NCBI GenBank assembly: GCA_964605735.1
Contig: CAZSDS010000001.1
Coordinates: forward strand, 70,771 to 134,770
DNA from: an uncultured Candidatus Saccharibacteria bacterium
GTDB lineage: Bacteria; Patescibacteriota; Doudnabacteria; UBA920; O2-02-FULL-48-8
Reading direction: 5' to 3'
DNA: 64,000 bases
In this document: one piece after another, positions 8,195 to 17,523 of the stretch
Layout of the letters: each line of letters starts with the position of its first letter
Numbering within the stretch: position 1 is the stretch's first letter
Notes under the pieces: model-generated
Databases searched by the model: none
What the model was told of the DNA's origin: nothing
What the model saw: the letters and a program-made list of their open reading frames with translations, nothing else
Position numbers and translations under genes: made by a program

Positions 8195-8839
8195 ATGAAT
8201 AAATTCATCTACCAATCAATGTTTGTATTCTTGAGCACGCTTTTGTTGGCGGTGCTTTTTGTCCTTCAACCTACGGACAATTCGGAGATGAATATTTTCA
8301 AGGCAGAAATAAAACAGCAGTTTGCTGTTGCGGCTTCAGAGTTGATGGGGGGAGAAAGCGTTGCTGAACCATTCGCAGTGGTCTGGTCTTCTGTCGCCGC
8401 ATTTTATGACGAGTCAACAACTCAGGCAATTGCGTTATTAGACAACGAAACATTCGTGCAGATGGCGCTGGCATTAATGCCATCATACAAGGAAGACTTG
8501 AGGATTGCCTCCACGCCAGTGGTTGCCAGGGCAATTCTGCCAACCGAGGACGCGTTGCTCAACATTATCCCTTATAGTGAAAATGAAATTTTCCTGGACC
8601 CGTATTTCAGCGAAGATTTGGCATACATGCCTGAGGGTGGTAGAATTTTAGGAGAATCAATTCGCGTAGATGCTGAAACAAAACTTGAGCCAACAAGAGC
8701 CGTGCCTGTGGTCTGGACAAATCTGAACGATTCTATCACAGGTGAGGCATACTGTGTGGCAATCTTTAACGGCACTGTGAATTCTTACCCTGGAATGTGC
8801 GCCCGGGACGAAGCTTCCGCTCCTGTTTATGAAAACTAA
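8195..8839 (+). CDS. Membrane-anchored hypothetical protein (paralog 3)
   Basis: TM; AEPF....V..FY motif; GRILGESI; C-terminal two-Cys domain. Confidence 0.75.
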   Translation: MNKFIYQSMFVFLSTLLLAVLFVLQPTDNSEMNIFKAEIKQQFAVAASELMGGESVAEPFAVVWSSVAAFYDESTTQAIALLDNETFVQMALALMPSYKEDLRIASTPVVARAILPTEDALLNIIPYSENEIFLDPYFSEDLAYMPEGGRILGESIRVDAETKLEPTRAVPVVWTNLNDSITGEAYCVAIFNGTVNSYPGMCARDEASAPVYEN

Positions 8840-10475
8840 TACAAACATAATTTTATATATCAAAAAAGTCACAGTGCTGGCTTTGTTTTTATTTTTGCTC
8901 CTGCCAGGGGCTGTTTTTGGCCAGACCGGGTCAACGCCGCCTGTTTGTGACCCGCTTCCGACAGATATCACTGAACTGGAAGCTTGCATAGAATATTGGG
9001 CATACACCCCAAGCATTTACAGCGACATAACAAGTGTCCCTGGAGTCAGCAAGGGTGTCCACGGTATGTCTGCCGCATATGACCCGATCAACGACCAGAT
9101 GCTCTTTGCCTCAACTGATGGCCTTCACGTTTATGCCCAGCTTTATAATGCTAACGGCGGCCAGAACCCGACTCAGGTTGGGCCAATCTTCCGGGTTGAC
9201 CAGGGGAACCTCTATGGAGGTGCTCCGTGGGTAATGTTCAACGCTGGGACACAGCACTATTTTGCCGTTTGGGCGGATGCAAGGCCGGGCAGGTCAGCCA
9301 ATGGCGACGGCAGTGTATACGGCAGGTTTATTGATGCAAACGGAAATTTTGTCGGCAATGACTTCCCAATACACAATACTTCCAACATGGCTTTGTCAGA
9401 CTTCGCTTTTGATAGCTTTAACCAGCGTTATCTCGTCATGGTGGAAGGCGGCGAAAATTCTTACTTGAAGACCATCATGCTCGATGGCACTGTGAGCGCA
9501 TTGATCCCAATCGCCGTCACTTCAGTGTATGAGGGACAATCCAGCGTTATCTACAACCCGGACAGGAATGAATATTGGTTTACCTATTTGCGTTGTACCT
9601 TGAATGACACTGCCCAGGAGGACTGCAGGGTAATGTTTGTCAGAATGGATGCAGCTTCCATGCAGATGGTTGGAGAAGTGGTTCAGGTCAGCCAGCTGAA
9701 TCTTGGACATAACCGAGTGGGTGGGCCACAGATTGAATACAGCACAACAGATCACGCGGCTGTTATCGTCTGGAACGAGGGAATGAAAAATCCAGGAATG
9801 ATCACGGAAATTTATGGCAGAACCGTATACAATGATTTGGCCTTAAGCTCTGAGTATCCGGTTTTGGCAGCACAAACCGCTCAAACATCCAACTTTTACG
9901 GAGGCGGAAAAAGTTTGGTTTGGAATCCATACACCAATACTTTCATGGTCGCTGGTGAGGACAATAACGGCGGAACAACAGGTGCTGAATTCCTTTCAGA
10001 TGGCACTGTTTTGGCAGTCAAGGAAATGATTCCACACACACCGGGATCAAACGGCAACTTCAATCCAAGCATCACAACCAGTCAATATGGCGCTTATGTG
10101 TATACAACTGTTAACTATGGGTCGCCGGTTATCGCGACATACAACAGCCCTTTTGTTTATACTCCTCCAGCTCCACAGACAATCAACCAAAGGCCTGTTG
10201 TTGACCTGGATACCACAAACGTGGCCAAGGCCATGACGCAGATTTATGTCTGGTCTTTAGGACTCGCTGGGTTGCTCGCCGTGGTAATGGTAATCGTTGG
10301 CGGCTATCTGGTAATGTCTGCCCGGGGCAATGGCCAGCAGGTTGCTACCGGAAAAGAGTACGTCATTGGCGCTCTGACCGGGCTGGTGTTACTGCTTGGA
10401 GCATATCTGATATTGAACACCATAAATCCAGACCTTGTAAACTTTGACTTATCAGGCCTGAACGTTTTCAAATAA
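8829..10475 (+). CDS. Secreted beta-rich domain fused to a C-terminal CPR pilin (TrbC/VirB2-like)
   Basis: Signal peptide; repeated blades (AAYDP..., FAFDS..RYLV, VIYNP..EYW, LVWNP..TFMV); C-terminal GGYLVMSARGN..V..GK..I..A..GL...LGAYLILNTINPDL. Confidence 0.8.
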   Translation: MKTNTNIILYIKKVTVLALFLFLLLPGAVFGQTGSTPPVCDPLPTDITELEACIEYWAYTPSIYSDITSVPGVSKGVHGMSAAYDPINDQMLFASTDGLHVYAQLYNANGGQNPTQVGPIFRVDQGNLYGGAPWVMFNAGTQHYFAVWADARPGRSANGDGSVYGRFIDANGNFVGNDFPIHNTSNMALSDFAFDSFNQRYLVMVEGGENSYLKTIMLDGTVSALIPIAVTSVYEGQSSVIYNPDRNEYWFTYLRCTLNDTAQEDCRVMFVRMDAASMQMVGEVVQVSQLNLGHNRVGGPQIEYSTTDHAAVIVWNEGMKNPGMITEIYGRTVYNDLALSSEYPVLAAQTAQTSNFYGGGKSLVWNPYTNTFMVAGEDNNGGTTGAEFLSDGTVLAVKEMIPHTPGSNGNFNPSITTSQYGAYVYTTVNYGSPVIATYNSPFVYTPPAPQTINQRPVVDLDTTNVAKAMTQIYVWSLGLAGLLAVVMVIVGGYLVMSARGNGQQVATGKEYVIGALTGLVLLLGAYLILNTINPDLVNFDLSGLNVFK

Positions 10476-10702
10476 GAAAATTGAGATTGCAAAAGCACTC
10501 CCTAGCAGTGCTTTTTTTGTTGGGCAATTAACGGTATTAAATATAGAATGATTTCAGTTTAAAGGAGTTATATGAATATAGTGCTGTCAACGAGAAATGT
10601 CAGTGGCAGAAGAAAATGCCATCTCCCATAGGGGAATGGCATTCAGGAAAGTCCGAGACTTTCTTGTGTCCATGCGCCGTCACACTAAGCGGCGTTTTTT
10701 AT

Positions 10703-12724
10703 TTAGAAAGTGATTCGATAAATTTTATTGCCGTTGAGCAGATGCATCTCGCGGGCGGCTTCGTCAACATATAAGTCATTCAACTCAGTCAGTTCAGGGA
10801 ACTGGACTTGGTTAAGCAGTTCGCCCTGTCTGCTGTATATCAGCACGCGCTTGGTGATTGGTTCCAGTAAGTAGATCTGGTTACCGACCCTGATTCTGGT
10901 TAGATTGCTCAGCGGTTCGTATATTTCCGCCAGCTGGAAATTTACCTGGTTGCCGTTTGCGAATTTTGCCAGACGGTCAGGGAAGAGGATGTAAACGTCA
11001 TTGTCCACTGCAAAATCCCGGGCGTCCGCCAGGCTGACATCTTGTTTGAGGATATTGGTTGGTGCACTGACTTTGCCGTTGCTGGCAACGGTCAGGCGAA
11101 CAACCTGGTTGCTTGCTTTGTTCAAAGTGTAAATCCGGTTCGGGTCTGTGAATTTCAAGCCGTACAAATCGCCGTTGCTGACGTAGTGCATTTGTTCGAA
11201 TTCTTTGGACTGTTGGTTGGCCTGGTAGATCTTGTCTCTGGACACCACGTAATTACCCTCGCCGGAAACGTGGCTGATGCCCCTGATCACGCCGTCCGTG
11301 GTGTTGAGCATGAAAAGGTTGGTCAAAGTGTTTTCATTGTACAAGCCAAGAGAATTTGGGTTTTCGTTGGAAACAAGGTAGCCGCTTCCCGCGCGTGCCA
11401 TCACCGTAACAGGGTAGGAGAGTTCAATGATGGGTGTCAGGTTTCGCAGTACAGTCACGCGATTGACCTTGTTGTTCATTTCTTCAAACTTGGCGCGGAA
11501 TGGTTCAGCTTTAGCCGCATTCAATTGGGCCAGTTTAACCAATTCAGTCTCAGCGGAGGACATGAACTGCATAGCTTGGTTCTGGTTTTTGTATAACAGA
11601 GAAGATTCAGCCTCAGCAAGGTAGTCCACAAAAACCTGGGCGGAGGCATTAAATGTTTCCTGGGCTTTTATTTGTGCCTTTCGCACGCCGAACGCAGCAA
11701 TGTTCATGGCGAACAGGACGGCGAAAACAATGAAGCTGATGAGGAAAAATTTGGCTGGACCTGAGATGTTCGGCAAAAATCCGAATGTTGGAAAGTTGAA
11801 ATTGAATTTTAAACTAGGTTTTGGGAGTTTCCAGCTTATCTTTGGCAAGGCAGGCAGCTTGGTTTTCTCTGCCACGCTTGCGGAAATCTCTTCCTGGTAC
11901 AAATCCTCCGGCATTGGGGCATAAATTGGAGAGACTGGTTCTATCCCAGGAACCTGTGGCGCTGGTTTGGTTTTCCCTTTCTTTGATTTGGCCGGAGCCG
12001 GTGGCGCGCCTGATGGGAGAATGGTTTCTTTTTCCTCTGCAACAGGAGTAAGCGCAGGCGCTGCCTGTTTGGTCAATTCAAGCATGAAAACAGCAAAACC
12101 TTCGTCAGATCTTGCTGAACTCTTCAGAATTTCAGAAATTTTGGCACAAGAATCCTGCAGGTTATAACTGTTTAGTGTTCGGCTGAACAGTTCGACTGAA
12201 ATATAGTTGAACAGGGAGGTGGTGGTCAGTACCAGGTAGTCGTTCTCAGCCAGCCTTCCTGAACTGAAGTTAAGGAAGGTTTTCAGCGGATGGGTTTCTG
12301 CTTTATCGGGGCTGAGTATTTCATTAAGGTTATTTTTCCTTTTCAGCCATGCAGAAGTGTGTCCAGTGTTGGCCAGGTAAATGTCTTTGTCGTTGCGCAG
12401 AGCTATCAAAGCGGAAAATTTGCCGAGCCATGATTTTCTTCCCTTGTGCGCAAACTCACCCAGCTTGTGGTTTATTTCCGCCAGGGTGTTTTCAAACATA
12501 GCCTCACCCGCGGTTTTTTTGTTGCCCCGGAAACTGTCAATGATGAGTTCTGAGATTTTACTCAAGTCATTCAGCTCGGTTTTTTTCTGGATATCTTTAA
12601 GTTCAGCAATAAAATAAAGGTGTTGGCTTGCGCTTAGTTTTTCCTCAAATAGGATAAATGAAACGCGGCGGGACTCGGTGGGGTTTATGAATATTTGGTT
12701 GATTTGTGTTTCGAGTTTGGCCAT
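10703..12724 (-). CDS. Membrane protein with a degenerate PP2C-like N-terminal domain and a C-terminal beta-propeller
   Basis: IYLANTG, FSSGRL..NDYLVL; Pro-rich linker; single TM; NHL-like blades. Confidence 0.7.
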   Translation of the reverse strand: MAKLETQINQIFINPTESRRVSFILFEEKLSASQHLYFIAELKDIQKKTELNDLSKISELIIDSFRGNKKTAGEAMFENTLAEINHKLGEFAHKGRKSWLGKFSALIALRNDKDIYLANTGHTSAWLKRKNNLNEILSPDKAETHPLKTFLNFSSGRLAENDYLVLTTTSLFNYISVELFSRTLNSYNLQDSCAKISEILKSSARSDEGFAVFMLELTKQAAPALTPVAEEKETILPSGAPPAPAKSKKGKTKPAPQVPGIEPVSPIYAPMPEDLYQEEISASVAEKTKLPALPKISWKLPKPSLKFNFNFPTFGFLPNISGPAKFFLISFIVFAVLFAMNIAAFGVRKAQIKAQETFNASAQVFVDYLAEAESSLLYKNQNQAMQFMSSAETELVKLAQLNAAKAEPFRAKFEEMNNKVNRVTVLRNLTPIIELSYPVTVMARAGSGYLVSNENPNSLGLYNENTLTNLFMLNTTDGVIRGISHVSGEGNYVVSRDKIYQANQQSKEFEQMHYVSNGDLYGLKFTDPNRIYTLNKASNQVVRLTVASNGKVSAPTNILKQDVSLADARDFAVDNDVYILFPDRLAKFANGNQVNFQLAEIYEPLSNLTRIRVGNQIYLLEPITKRVLIYSRQGELLNQVQFPELTELNDLYVDEAAREMHLLNGNKIYRITF

Positions 12725-12827
12725 AAATATCTCATATTATACCACTGAATACAGCCAAATCCCAAATTTTCTGGTTCGCGGGATCTGGGAGTTGTGGATG
12801 GCTTGAGTTGTGCTATAATTTTCCTGT

Positions 12828-13418
12828 ATGTTAAACATCTTACTCTCCTCCAAACACAAGAGTTCCGTTGTAAATCTGTTTTTGGCGCACCCTGGCAGAA
12901 GCTTTACCTTTACTGAAATCAAAACCACAACCGGCTGTCCGCCAAAGCTGATGATTCAGACTGTCAGAGAACTGGTTAAAATGGGTTTTTTGAACGTGCT
13001 CGAAAAAAGCAAAATCAGGTCATATCAGGTGGATCGCCATTTTGCCCTTTACCCGGAATTGGTTCAACTGTTGCGCAAAACCAAAAAGATTCCTCAGGAT
13101 TTGCTGGCAAAGGAGTTGTCCAAACTCAGCGAATGCAAGGTCATTATTCTTACCGGAATTTTCGCAGGCCGCCCAAGGATTGAGACGGATATCCTGCTTG
13201 TGGGCAAAGTCAGCGAGAAACGGCTGGCCAAATCTTTGAAACTGGCGGAGAAATTCGCAGAACAGGAAATCAACTACACTGTCATGCCGGTCTCTGAATT
13301 TGAGTACCGAAAAATCATGAGCGACCGCTTCATTAAGAATATCCTTGAAAACGGCCCTGTCATCGTTTCTGATAAAACCAAGAACAAGAGCATTATCAAG
13401 CTTGTCGAACGACTCTAA
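12828..13418 (+). CDS. Winged-helix plus minimal nucleotidyltransferase-fold protein
   Basis: N-terminal wHTH (RELVKMGFL); LTGIF...TDILLVG; EINYTVM..EFEYR. Confidence 0.75.
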   Translation: MLNILLSSKHKSSVVNLFLAHPGRSFTFTEIKTTTGCPPKLMIQTVRELVKMGFLNVLEKSKIRSYQVDRHFALYPELVQLLRKTKKIPQDLLAKELSKLSECKVIILTGIFAGRPRIETDILLVGKVSEKRLAKSLKLAEKFAEQEINYTVMPVSEFEYRKIMSDRFIKNILENGPVIVSDKTKNKSIIKLVERL

Positions 13419-13451
13419 ACGAAAACTAAACGACTAAATCAAACGATTATA

Positions 13452-13688
13452 ATGGAAGAGATCTACGCTATCTATAACCAGTTTTTGGGAATCTTTCCGG
13501 AAAATTTGCATTGGGCTGTGTCCGTGTTTCTGGCCGTCCTGCTTGTGCTGGCGGTTTACCAGATCCTGAAACGCAACTTCATTTTCATAATCCTGCTTAT
13601 AGTTTTGCTTCCAGCTTCAGTCCCAATTTTGCGCAATGTTTGGGATGGAGCTGTGGAGGTTGTTAAGTACCTGCTGACGAGACAATAA
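13452..13688 (+). CDS. Small membrane protein
   Basis: Two hydrophobic helices; followed by a terminator at about 13718-13748. Confidence 0.7.
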   Translation: MEEIYAIYNQFLGIFPENLHWAVSVFLAVLLVLAVYQILKRNFIFIILLIVLLPASVPILRNVWDGAVEVVKYLLTRQ

Positions 13689-13864
13689 TCCTCAAAAAAT
13701 TTAAGACAGGGGAGATAAAAACCGCCAAATCCTTGAGGCGGTTTTTTTGTTGATAAACAGGTTGGGGACAATTGTGGAACCAAGTGGAACCACTTCTCCC
13801 CACCAACTGTATTTAGGCCTGAAAATAGGCGTTTTACATGCAAAAACCGCTATATATACAGGCT

Positions 13865-13950
13865 TTGACGAGTGGTTTCACGTGGTCTATAATGAGTTGT
13901 AAATGGAACGTTGTGGAAAAAAGTGGGGACAAGTGGGGAGTAATGTGGAT
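13865..13950 (+). promoter_or_regulatory. dcw promoter with MraZ boxes
   Basis: TTGACG-17-TATAAT; GTGG repeats at 13872, 13882, 13913, 13923, 13933, 13945. Confidence 0.8.
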
Positions 13951-13978
13951 AACTTAAGAATTAGGAATTGAGAGTTTA

Positions 13979-14410
13979 ATGTTTATTGGCGAATACAAGA
14001 TTAGCATGGATGTGAAAGGCCGTATCGCCGTTCCAGTTAAATTCCGCAATATGCTTGCGGCTGGAGCGGTTTTGACCCGCGGTCTTGATAATTCCCTCTT
14101 CTTGTATCCAAAGGCAGAATGGGAAGCAATAGCCGGCAAGCTTGCCGCGCTGCCTTTGGCCCAAGCCAATTCCCGCGCGTTTGCCAGACTTATGCTGGCA
14201 GGAGCCTGGGACGTTGAAATCGACAAACAGGGACGAATGATCGTTCCGGATTATTTGCGGCAATTCGCCAGGCTGACAAAAAAAGTTGTGGCAGCTGGAT
14301 TGTTTAACCGCATTGAAGTCTGGGACGAAAAGACCTGGGAAGATTACAAGGCCAATACGGAAAAAGAGAGCACTGCGATTGCAGAGGCCCTGGGTGATCT
14401 GGGAGTCTAA
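13979..14410 (+). CDS. mraZ: Transcriptional regulator MraZ
   Basis: MFIGEY..MDVKGR, DKQGR, IEVWD. Confidence 0.97.
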   Translation: MFIGEYKISMDVKGRIAVPVKFRNMLAAGAVLTRGLDNSLFLYPKAEWEAIAGKLAALPLAQANSRAFARLMLAGAWDVEIDKQGRMIVPDYLRQFARLTKKVVAAGLFNRIEVWDEKTWEDYKANTEKESTAIAEALGDLGV

Positions 14411-14413
14411 GCC

Positions 14414-15346
14414 ATGACTCACTACCCGGTACTGCTCAATGAAGTTCTGCAGTATGTCGGCGCCAAGACAGGTTCATTGTTTATCGATGCAACCATAGGC
14501 GCTGGCGGACATACAAAAGCTCTGTTGAAACAGAACAAGAAAGCAAGGGTTTTGGGTTTGGATCGCGACGCGGAAACCCTGGCGTTGCTGGAGAAAGATC
14601 TGAAAAAAGAAAAACTGCTCCCGCGCGTTAAGCTGGTGCATTCCAATTTTGCGAACTTGGGCGAGGTTGCCGCCAGAGAGAATTTTAGCGAAGTCTCTGG
14701 CATCATCCTTGACCTGGGTTTCTCCTCAATGCAGTTGGATGACGCACAGCGCGGTTTCTCTTTCCAAAGCAGCGGCCCCCTGGACATGCGGATGGACCGA
14801 CAACAGGCGCTGACTGCGGCAGATGTTTTGAATAAATATCAAGAAGAAAAATTAGCAGAAATTTTTAAAAAATATGGTGAAGAAAATTTCAGCAAACGTA
14901 TCGCGCGTGAAGTGGTGGTACGCAGGAAAAACTCTCCATTTTCTACTACTGACGAAGTTCTTAGTTTAGTAAAATCTGCTTTGCCTAAACCGGTAAAGCA
15001 CAAGGCTAGCGATTCAGCAAGAAGAATATTCCAGGCTATCCGGATAGAAGTAAATGCTGAATTAAAAAATTTGGAAAAAGCCTTGCCTGAAGCCTTTAAA
15101 CTTCTGGCGCCAGCAGGACGGTTAGTGGTCATATCGTTCCATTCACTGGAGGATAGGATCGTAAAAAATTTCTTTAACGAACTGGCAAAAGGCTGTATTT
15201 GCCCTCCGGAGTTTCCATACTGCGTGTGCGGAAAGGACCCGGCAGGCAAAATTCTCACCAGGAAACCAATCACTGCTACGGAGCAGGAGCTGGCTGAAAA
15301 TACCAGAAGCAAGCCGGCAAAACTCAGGGCAATCGAAAAAATCTGA
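14414..15346 (+). CDS. rsmH: 16S rRNA m4C1402 methyltransferase
   Basis: HYPVLL, DATIGAGGH, DLGFSSMQLD, SFHSLEDRIVK. Confidence 0.97.
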   Translation: MTHYPVLLNEVLQYVGAKTGSLFIDATIGAGGHTKALLKQNKKARVLGLDRDAETLALLEKDLKKEKLLPRVKLVHSNFANLGEVAARENFSEVSGIILDLGFSSMQLDDAQRGFSFQSSGPLDMRMDRQQALTAADVLNKYQEEKLAEIFKKYGEENFSKRIAREVVVRRKNSPFSTTDEVLSLVKSALPKPVKHKASDSARRIFQAIRIEVNAELKNLEKALPEAFKLLAPAGRLVVISFHSLEDRIVKNFFNELAKGCICPPEFPYCVCGKDPAGKILTRKPITATEQELAENTRSKPAKLRAIEKI

Positions 15347-15389
15347 AAAATTAACTCTCTCCAAAAACAAAAAAAGGAATATAGGCGGC

Positions 15390-15728
15390 ATGCGTGATTT
15401 AAGTTTAGTGTTATCACAACCACTGTTCACGAAGAAAACCAAAAGTGCGGGACATTCGGCGCTGGGGATCAATTTGGCTTTGGTTGTGCTGATTGTGACA
15501 ATGGGATTTCTTTATCTTTTTCAAATTAATTCACTGGGTACCCGTGGTTATGAAATTCGACAAATGGAGCAGAAAATAAAAGTTCTTCAGGCGGATAACA
15601 AAGATCTGCAAATCCAAAGCTCCAGCTTGAGTTCCATCACCAAAATCCAGCGGGATGCGGAACGCATGAACATGGTTCCTGCCACAAACGTAACATATAT
15701 CAAAGGTTCTGACTTTGCTTTAAAATAG
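15390..15728 (+). CDS. ftsL: FtsL-like cell division protein
   Basis: TM plus coiled coil, located between rsmH and the PBP gene. Confidence 0.7.
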   Translation: MRDLSLVLSQPLFTKKTKSAGHSALGINLALVVLIVTMGFLYLFQINSLGTRGYEIRQMEQKIKVLQADNKDLQIQSSSLSSITKIQRDAERMNMVPATNVTYIKGSDFALK

Positions 15729-15744
15729 GGACTAAACTGTCGAG

Positions 15745-17484
15745 ATGGCCTACCGTTTAAACAACAAATCAACGGTACAAAATAATTCTTACTCTTTAAG
15801 AATTTTTTTGTTATTAGTTGGGATAACGCTCTGCATTTTTTTCATCATTTTCAGAATGTTCAATCTGCAGGTTGTCCAGCATTCTTACTGGAGCGCTTTA
15901 GCCTCTGATCAGCACAAGTTTGAGCAGGAAATCCTGCCAGGGCGCGGAGAAATATTTTTATCCAACAGTACGGGTGAACCGGTTCTTGCCGCGACTAATT
16001 TGACCAAGAGCATTGTTTACGCCGTCCCAAAAGACATAACAAACAGCGGGGATACGGCTATTAAACTTTCTGCGGCGCTGGGCATGCCAGTGGCGGAGAT
16101 TCTTGAAAAAATTTCCGGGAATGGCAATTATGTTGCCATCAAAAAACAAGTGGATGACGAGACCGTCAAAACCGTCAAGGAAATGAAGCTGGTTGGAATC
16201 GGCATAGAGCCCCAAACCGTCCGTTACTATCCAGAAGGTAATTTGGCCAGCCATGTTTTGGGTTTTTTGGGTTTTCGCGGCACCCAAAGGGTGGGGCAGT
16301 ATGGCATTGAAGGGAATTTTGAACAGCGTCTGGCTGGGAGCAACGGCGTGATGGGTTTGGAGAGCGATCAGGCCGGCCGCTGGATTACCATAGCCTCGCG
16401 CAACTTTGTCCCGGCGCAGGATGGCGATAATATTTTTCTGACCATTGATAACGCCGTCCAGTACAAAGCCCAGGAGGTCCTGAAAAAGGCAGTTGAAGAT
16501 AACCTGGCTGAGCGTGGTAGTGTAATAGTCATGAACCCTAAAACAGGCGCTATTATGGCCATGGCAAATTATCCTGACTTTGACCCGAATGAGTACAGCA
16601 AGGTTCCTGACATCAGCTATTACGCAAACAATGCTCTGTCCGCGGACTACGAACCAGGATCAGTGTTCAAGCCAATTACCATGGCTGCTGCCATCAATGA
16701 AGGCAAGGTTACTCCGGATAGCACCTATGAGGACACAGGAGTTGTGGAAATGGATGATTTCAAGATCAGGAACTCTGACGGAAAATCAAACGGCGTCCAA
16801 ACCATGACTCAAGTGCTGGAAAAGTCCCTGAACACCGGGATGGTTTATGTTGAACAGCAAATGGGGCACAAAACATTCCGCGACTATGTTTATGATTTCG
16901 GTTTTGGGAAGAAGACCGGGATTGAACTGCCAAATGAAGTTTTCGGCAATCTCGACAACCTGGAGAAGAAGGGTAATATTTTCTTTGCCACCGCCTCATA
17001 CGGACAGGGTTTGACTGTTACGCCTTTGCAGATGGTTACAGCATATACAGCGCTGGCCAACGGAGGAAAGCTGATGAAACCGTATATTATCGATAAAATT
17101 GTCAGGGACAATGGTACGGAAGAGAAAACTGAACCGGAAAAGGTCAGGCAGGTCATAGATTCCAAAACCGCAGCTCAGGTCAGTTCCATGCTCGTGAATG
17201 TGGTTGAAAACGGACATGGAAAAAGGGCAGCGGTTCCGGGATATTATATAGCCGGCAAAACGGGAACTGCGCAGGTTGCTTACAAAGACCGGGTGGGCTA
17301 TGACCCAACCAAGAATATCGGATCGTTTGTGGGTTTTGGGCCTGTAGACAACCCGCGGTTTCTCATGCTGGTCAGAATTGACCATCCAAAGAACGTAACT
17401 TTTGCGGAAAGCACTGCGGCGCCGGCATTTGGTGAAATTGCCAGCTTTATTCTAAACTATCTGCAGGTTCCGCCTTCAAGGTAA
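15745..17484 (+). CDS. ftsI: Class B penicillin-binding protein (FtsI)
   Basis: RGEI, EPGSVFK (SxxK), SLN, KTGTAQ. Confidence 0.92.
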   Translation: MAYRLNNKSTVQNNSYSLRIFLLLVGITLCIFFIIFRMFNLQVVQHSYWSALASDQHKFEQEILPGRGEIFLSNSTGEPVLAATNLTKSIVYAVPKDITNSGDTAIKLSAALGMPVAEILEKISGNGNYVAIKKQVDDETVKTVKEMKLVGIGIEPQTVRYYPEGNLASHVLGFLGFRGTQRVGQYGIEGNFEQRLAGSNGVMGLESDQAGRWITIASRNFVPAQDGDNIFLTIDNAVQYKAQEVLKKAVEDNLAERGSVIVMNPKTGAIMAMANYPDFDPNEYSKVPDISYYANNALSADYEPGSVFKPITMAAAINEGKVTPDSTYEDTGVVEMDDFKIRNSDGKSNGVQTMTQVLEKSLNTGMVYVEQQMGHKTFRDYVYDFGFGKKTGIELPNEVFGNLDNLEKKGNIFFATASYGQGLTVTPLQMVTAYTALANGGKLMKPYIIDKIVRDNGTEEKTEPEKVRQVIDSKTAAQVSSMLVNVVENGHGKRAAVPGYYIAGKTGTAQVAYKDRVGYDPTKNIGSFVGFGPVDNPRFLMLVRIDHPKNVTFAESTAAPAFGEIASFILNYLQVPPSR

Positions 17485-17523
17485 TTGCTTCAAAGTAAGT
17501 ATCAGGCATATAACAGTGAATTT

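Noticed and set aside
10645-10660. RNase P RNA (AGGAAAGTCC motif)
   Set aside because: The motif is locked in a local hairpin, the intergenic space is short, and no 3' P4 partner sequence was seen
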